A program made the translations under genes and the position numbers. Of a stretch of DNA of 64,000 bases, positions 59,282-64,000 are shown in pieces. This stretch comes from a virus. Position 1 is the stretch's first letter, and each line of letters begins with the position of its first letter. The DNA is taken from the IMG/VR virus record IMGVR_UViG_3300007735_000780, positions 3,511 through 67,510 of that record, one strand, 5' to 3'. Under the pieces are notes generated by a model, which did no database searches, was not told the origin of the DNA, and saw only the letters and a program-made list of their open reading frames with translations.

Positions 59282-59644
59282 TTATTGTAAGTATGTTAGT
59301 TTGTAAATAGTTGATTTAATCAATTCAGTTATAGTATCAATTTGATTCTGTAAGTAACTGTCTTCAATTGTTTCTCTTACTTGATTTGCTGCTTTACACA
59401 CCACATCCAAATATGCTATTACTTGGTCTTTATTTTGGTATTGTTTTAAATTAAAATTAGTATAATCATCAATTATACCATTTTTACCTTGGTACGATTC
59501 AACTAAAGCATCAATCAAAGGAACAATACCTTCATAATATGCTTGTAAAGCAATGTGTTCAGCATATGAAGGTGTTTGTAAATGAAAAATGTGGGTTTGT
59601 GTTCTTGAGTGGAATAAATAAGATATAAAATTAGAAAAGTCCAT
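59282..59644 (-). CDS. Ferritin/Dps-like four-helix protein (DUF5856-like)
   Basis: HIFHLQT.SYAEHIALQAYYE.....D.LVESYQG...LQNQID...TIYKL. Confidence 0.75.
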   Translation of the reverse strand: MDFSNFISYLFHSRTQTHIFHLQTPSYAEHIALQAYYEGIVPLIDALVESYQGKNGIIDDYTNFNLKQYQNKDQVIAYLDVVCKAANQVRETIEDSYLQNQIDTITELIKSTIYKLTYLQ

Positions 59645-59667
59645 GTTTTTTATTATAAATATATGGG

Positions 59668-60237
59668 TTACTTTTTTAGACCCTGTAAATATTTAATTGT
59701 TTCTTCTTTGTTTTCTAATAACTTTTGTTTTGAAGAACCAACCCAACGTTCTACATCACCCGCTTCTGTAACATATGATGTATTAGACTCGTTTATTTCT
59801 TCATCCATCCAAATGTTAAAATCATTTATAATACCATCAATGTCAGCATTGATAACAAATTTTTCAAATTCTTCTAATAAACCTTTTTTTCTTAATTCAG
59901 ATTCAAAGTCAACCTGGCAGTTAAAGCATCTTTTGTATTGTAAATAAAAACGTTTATCAAGATGGGGTTTCATCATTTTACTACAACAAGGACAAAAAAG
60001 AGGCAAGTGAATTGACTCCTTTGCTTTGTCTAGTTTAGTAACATTTTGTTTAACACCATTTTTGATAGTCCATTGTCTTCCATCTTCTTCCCAGATGTCT
60101 CCTTCTTCATGAAACTCTTGTTGTTTAGTGTAACCTGTTCCGACAATGGTTTTCTCCCCGTATTTACCTGTCATTAGGTTACGGAGTCGTTGTACGTCCT
60201 TTTGTTGAAACTCTTTTTTTAAAACGTTGTCTGACAT
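59668..60237 (-). CDS. Hypothetical Zn-ribbon protein
   Basis: EGDIWEEDGRQWTIKNG; CPCC...CFNC. Confidence 0.65.
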   Translation of the reverse strand: MSDNVLKKEFQQKDVQRLRNLMTGKYGEKTIVGTGYTKQQEFHEEGDIWEEDGRQWTIKNGVKQNVTKLDKAKESIHLPLFCPCCSKMMKPHLDKRFYLQYKRCFNCQVDFESELRKKGLLEEFEKFVINADIDGIINDFNIWMDEEINESNTSYVTEAGDVERWVGSSKQKLLENKEETIKYLQGLKK

Positions 60238-60812
60238 TAGATTGCTTCTTTTTCTATGAATTTGTAATCTACTCCTTCTTTTTTCTCAGCATTTGTAAGA
60301 ATTTTTGTTAAATCTTTTCTAATATTACTAATAGTATTTGCATCATTAGGAATATAGACAATACTTTTTTCTTTTATTTGAGGTTCTGGGAGTAAATTTT
60401 TAGGTTTTTTATTTGGTTCTTTTTCTATAGCATCAATAGCATCTTTTGTAATAATATGGAATTTACCATTATTGTTAGATAAGGTATCATATATGCCTTC
60501 TAAATCTTTATTTTTATATATTTTAAATTTAGCTATCCATTCTTTTTTACTTAAAGTAGAAAATGATTGTTCCATTGATTTTTTAACTGTTGGTATGATT
60601 TTAGTTCCAAAGTAATTTTCTTTAGCTTGAGCTACAGACTTATCATCTTGAACAAACACTCCTTTTTGAAATTTAGAATCTTTAATAATATCAATTAATT
60701 TTTTAACTGAAAATGTAATAGGTTCTAGTATTAAGTTATTTTTACGGGTAAATCTAGATGATTGGAAGTCATCTTCATTCTCCATCAGTTTTACTAAACT
60801 ATATTTACTCAT
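60237..60812 (-). CDS. Hypothetical protein
   Basis: MSKYSLVKLME short-leader-like start. Confidence 0.6.
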   Translation of the reverse strand: MSKYSLVKLMENEDDFQSSRFTRKNNLILEPITFSVKKLIDIIKDSKFQKGVFVQDDKSVAQAKENYFGTKIIPTVKKSMEQSFSTLSKKEWIAKFKIYKNKDLEGIYDTLSNNNGKFHIITKDAIDAIEKEPNKKPKNLLPEPQIKEKSIVYIPNDANTISNIRKDLTKILTNAEKKEGVDYKFIEKEAI

Positions 60813-60828
60813 TATTTTAGTATATTAT

Positions 60829-61047
60829 TTACATTATATCAAGTATTACATTACCACGTCTACCTGTAGATGCATTTATATTCATTGTTTCTCCATCTTC
60901 AAATATAATCTCTATTGATTCTTCATCTTGATTAATTTGTGCAATGGTTTTACCTATGTATTGTGCTCCGTCTTCTGATGGTTTTGCTTCTTTTAAAGTT
61001 TTACGAATTTCTTCTTTAATGATTTGTTGTAATTGTGATTTTTTCAT
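60829..61047 (-). CDS. Leader-tagged small protein
   Basis: MKKSQLQQIIKEEIRKTLKE. Confidence 0.7.
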   Translation of the reverse strand: MKKSQLQQIIKEEIRKTLKEAKPSEDGAQYIGKTIAQINQDEESIEIIFEDGETMNINASTGRRGNVILDIM

Positions 61048-61550
61048 AAGTTTAAATTTTTTAATTGTTTAATTGTACTAGCAGCAGAAGTATGAAGGAT
61101 ACCTATGCCCCCTTTATTTTTCCATTGTTTAATATTTGATTTTCTATCGTCAATAAGTATTTTATTTTTGCCTGAAAATTGCTGTTTTTGGTTAGCTGCT
61201 TTTAAAATAAGCTCTACCCCAGGTAAATGTTCATCTACCCATATTTGTTTGCCTGTTTTAGATGATTCTTCTTTTGATGGGGCTGAGAGTAATTTTGGGT
61301 TGTATTGTTTAATATAATCCCATAGTTGTTGCCCATCATACATCCATTTTAATTTAACCCAAAAATCTTCTCCTGCTTGTTTAATAGGGTCCCAAAAGAA
61401 TTTACTACCTTGAGCATTTGCTTCTTCAGTAGACATTCCTGTTAAGTCTTTATAACCTTGATCAAAATCAACTAATACACCATCCATATCACAATAGATA
61501 GTATACTTTTGTCCTTCAATTTCTTTTAGTAAATCTGTTAGTTTAATCAT
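61044..61550 (-). CDS. Leader-tagged HAD 5'(3')-deoxyribonucleotidase (NT5C-like)
   Basis: MIKLTDLLKE plus IYCDMDGVLVDF, LLSAP, GKQIW, ILIDDR..NI..W...GGIGILH. Confidence 0.85.
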   Translation of the reverse strand: MIKLTDLLKEIEGQKYTIYCDMDGVLVDFDQGYKDLTGMSTEEANAQGSKFFWDPIKQAGEDFWVKLKWMYDGQQLWDYIKQYNPKLLSAPSKEESSKTGKQIWVDEHLPGVELILKAANQKQQFSGKNKILIDDRKSNIKQWKNKGGIGILHTSAASTIKQLKNLNL

Positions 61551-63354
61551 TTTTTCTTTTTAATACTACCATTTTTCCTTTTCCTCTAGGACCATCAAAA
61601 CGTAAAGATACATCTTTTCTAAAATATCCAGGTATCCTATTAAATTTATTATCAGTTAAATTAGCGTACACGGTATGGTAATTTTTACTTCCTTCATTGT
61701 CTAAAGAAGCAATTCCTATATATTCAGGTTTTTCTTGTTCAACAAAGTCTAGTATAACTTTATACATGGTAGACAATATTTTTATATAATTTTCTTTTCC
61801 TCCTTGAGGTTCTGAACTTAAGTTTCCTTCAGGATGAAATTCTATATTATAAAATAAACCTGGGTCGTAATACGGAGGTGTAGGAAATTCTTTAATTTTA
61901 TAAACATATGTTTGGTCTCCTACTGTAAACTGTCCGTCTGTTAAACTTCCATTTATTTCAACAGCATTGTCTTTGGATAAAACAATTTCATGTAAAGTAT
62001 ACCATAAATTTTCTGTTAATGTTTTTGGATAATTATATTTTGGAATATCAATAACCCATTCATTAATGGATGGTTTAATTGAGTTTTCCCATCCTCTAAA
62101 ACACATATTGCCTTTACTATATGCTTCTTCTTCTAATTCCTTTAGATACTCGTCTTCATTTATGTTTTGGGTTGTGATGCCTGTTATTCTACCTTCAAGA
62201 TTTTGCATATGATGAATCATTTCATGAGCATATGAACGTAATATGTCTTTTGGGTGTCTATTGTAAGTATACAAAGTAATACATTTATTATTAGGGTCAT
62301 AATGGGCTGTACGTCCTAATATGTTACTAGCATTCTGTTTGTCGTCTTCTATAAAAGTTAAATTAGGTAATGGTTCAATATTTAATCCATTGTCTATCAT
62401 AAACAGTGTTAATGATACTAATTTGTCTTTAAATTCAGGATTGTGTTCTAGTCCTGGTTTAGAAATGTTAGAAACAACAATTTTATCTTTTTGTTTTTCA
62501 ACTTTAAAATCAGATGGTACTACATTTTTAATATAGTCTTTGTAGTAATCAACTCGAGTTGGTTCTGAAGACATTTTAATGTCTATGTCTTGGTTTTGTA
62601 ATGGTTCAAAGAAATTAGTATTTTCTTTTTTAGGAGTATTATCATGTTCACATTTGTGACATATAAACAAATCATCTCCTCCATCTTTTATTTTCCAAGT
62701 CCAACTACAATTATCACAAACTATACTATCACCTTCAATTTTTTCTTCAAGAAAATTTGTTATTTCTTCTCCTTCTTCTACTGATGGGTTTAATATGTTG
62801 TATATTTCTTCTTTATCTGCTTCGTCAATATTAGGTAAATATTTAAAGAATTCTTCTTTATTATTTAATACTGCTCTAGCAGCAGTTCCACTAATACCAT
62901 CTGAGGTTATAATATTAATAGGTTCAATATTTGTTTTACCTAAAGCAGATTTAGTACGTTTTTCAAAATCAGCAAAATCAGCTTCTTTACCTTCACGTGA
63001 ACCTAAAAACCATTTAATTTGAGCATCAGGTTCATCTTTAGCTAAAGAATAAATAGAAGTAATTGGGTTAGAAGATGGAATAATGTTTACTATACTAGGT
63101 AAGTAGTTTTTATAAATGTTCCAAATTGCTACTGATTGGTCTTGAGTAATCACATCTGATCTGCCACCACCTGTACCAACATAAATGTTAAATTCATCTA
63201 AATTAGGATACGACAATGCTTGTTTTACCACTTCAAAATGACCTTTTGTTGGAGGTTGAAATCCACCTCCAAATACCCCAATTGTTTTAGTTGAAACAGG
63301 AATATCAACTTCAGCTAAAAACGGTGTTATGAGTGATTTTACTAATGATTTCAT
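61543..63354 (-). CDS. Multidomain protein: HIGH-type nucleotidyltransferase-like, Zn ribbon, HEXXH zincin-like and C-terminal domains
   Basis: GGGFQPPTKGH and ISGTAAR; CDNC...CHKC; LRSYAHEMIHHMQ...LEEEAY. Confidence 0.75.
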   Translation of the reverse strand: MKSLVKSLITPFLAEVDIPVSTKTIGVFGGGFQPPTKGHFEVVKQALSYPNLDEFNIYVGTGGGRSDVITQDQSVAIWNIYKNYLPSIVNIIPSSNPITSIYSLAKDEPDAQIKWFLGSREGKEADFADFEKRTKSALGKTNIEPINIITSDGISGTAARAVLNNKEEFFKYLPNIDEADKEEIYNILNPSVEEGEEITNFLEEKIEGDSIVCDNCSWTWKIKDGGDDLFICHKCEHDNTPKKENTNFFEPLQNQDIDIKMSSEPTRVDYYKDYIKNVVPSDFKVEKQKDKIVVSNISKPGLEHNPEFKDKLVSLTLFMIDNGLNIEPLPNLTFIEDDKQNASNILGRTAHYDPNNKCITLYTYNRHPKDILRSYAHEMIHHMQNLEGRITGITTQNINEDEYLKELEEEAYSKGNMCFRGWENSIKPSINEWVIDIPKYNYPKTLTENLWYTLHEIVLSKDNAVEINGSLTDGQFTVGDQTYVYKIKEFPTPPYYDPGLFYNIEFHPEGNLSSEPQGGKENYIKILSTMYKVILDFVEQEKPEYIGIASLDNEGSKNYHTVYANLTDNKFNRIPGYFRKDVSLRFDGPRGKGKMVVLKRKND

Positions 63355-64000
63355 CTAACAAATTTTTTAACTATGTTAGGTAACTCTTTGCTGTCAACAG
63401 GATTTAAATTAGCTTGAATACTATCGTAAGTATCAGCTATTTTATCTATACTTTTATCTAAAGTAATTTTAGTTTTAGCCCTATCTTTTTCTCTTTTTTC
63501 TAATTCTTCAGGTGATAATGTTGAATCATCTTTTCTAAAAGTTGATTGAAATTGGCCTGATGATAATAAGTCTGAAAAGTATTCTTTTAATTTTCCTTGT
63601 TGGTAAGCTGTTTCAAAATTATTTATTTCAGCTTGTTCTTCTTCAGAGGCAGGTGTATTAATTAAAATAAAATTATCACCAAATATTCTTTTATAATCTG
63701 CTAATAAGTTATAAACATTAACCCATGTCCCTAAAACACCAACTGCAGGTACTTTACGTTCACGTTTATAGTTTCTTAAAAATGATACTATAGGGTGAGC
63801 ATAAACCATTATCATCATAGTTTCATACCCTTTATCATTTAACATGTCTAATGTGGGTTGAAGAGTTGATAAATTAGAAGCAGTAGTATCATAAATAAGA
63901 TTTTGTTGATTGTTAACAGCGTTAGGTAAATCTGTTTTTCTTATTTGTGATGATGCTGCTGATAAATTCCCATACATTGGAGAATTTTTATCTTCAACAT
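63351..64000 (-). CDS. Partial P-loop kinase (zeta-toxin/AAA_33-like); N-terminus outside the window
   Basis: NLIYDTTA, GYETMMIMVY...SFLRNYKRERKVP; Walker A not visible in the window. Confidence 0.6.
   Translation of the reverse strand, partial: VEDKNSPMYGNLSAASSQIRKTDLPNAVNNQQNLIYDTTASNLSTLQPTLDMLNDKGYETMMIMVYAHPIVSFLRNYKRERKVPAVGVLGTWVNVYNLLADYKRIFGDNFILINTPASEEEQAEINNFETAYQQGKLKEYFSDLLSSGQFQSTFRKDDSTLSPEELEKREKDRAKTKITLDKSIDKIADTYDSIQANLNPVDSKELPNIVKKFVR

Noticed and set aside
2653-63022. All plus-strand ORFs in the track, plus nested minus-strand ORFs 18893-19090, 19861-20049, 30349-30591 and 35362-35571
   Set aside because: They are antisense or off-frame shadows of well-supported genes, with no recognisable motifs.
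1-64000. Stop-codon reassignment, as in some large phages
   Set aside because: Core genes are full length in the standard code, and TAA, TAG and TGA all end genes at plausible positions.
1-64000. tRNA/rRNA genes, integrase, transposase, terminase small subunit
   Set aside because: None could be recognised by eye; intergenic gaps are mostly too short. A tRNAscan-SE or HMM run would be needed to exclude them fully.

Overview
A 64-kb, very AT-rich segment of a large lytic myovirus genome with T4-like head architecture. All credible genes are on the minus strand, in the standard code. In transcription order (right to left): (i) a ~25-kb array of small/medium genes, many starting with a shared helical leader (MKKSELKQIIKEEI / MIKLTDLLKE) fused to unrelated domains; (ii) terminase large subunit, portal, prohead protease, scaffold, major capsid protein and PhoH; (iii) neck proteins and ~23 kb of mosaic fibre/adhesin genes with SHAEG 14-mer repeats and glycine-rich domains; (iv) a GT4 glycosyltransferase, tail sheath, tube, a chaperone pair, tape measure and baseplate genes. 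A conserved motif (TATTTATA on the coding strand) precedes about 20 genes. The absence of Shine-Dalgarno sites, a TTTG-N20-TAnnTTTG promoter and an Hc1-like gene suggest a Bacteroidota host. The best candidate for an undescribed system is the array of leader-tagged, probably protease-processed capsid cargo proteins, with orphaned leader copies suggesting cassette insertion by recombination at the tag sequence. Second is a duplicated fibre-tip cassette that includes two unannotated ~50-aa genes. All family calls come from motif recognition by eye; no database searches were run.
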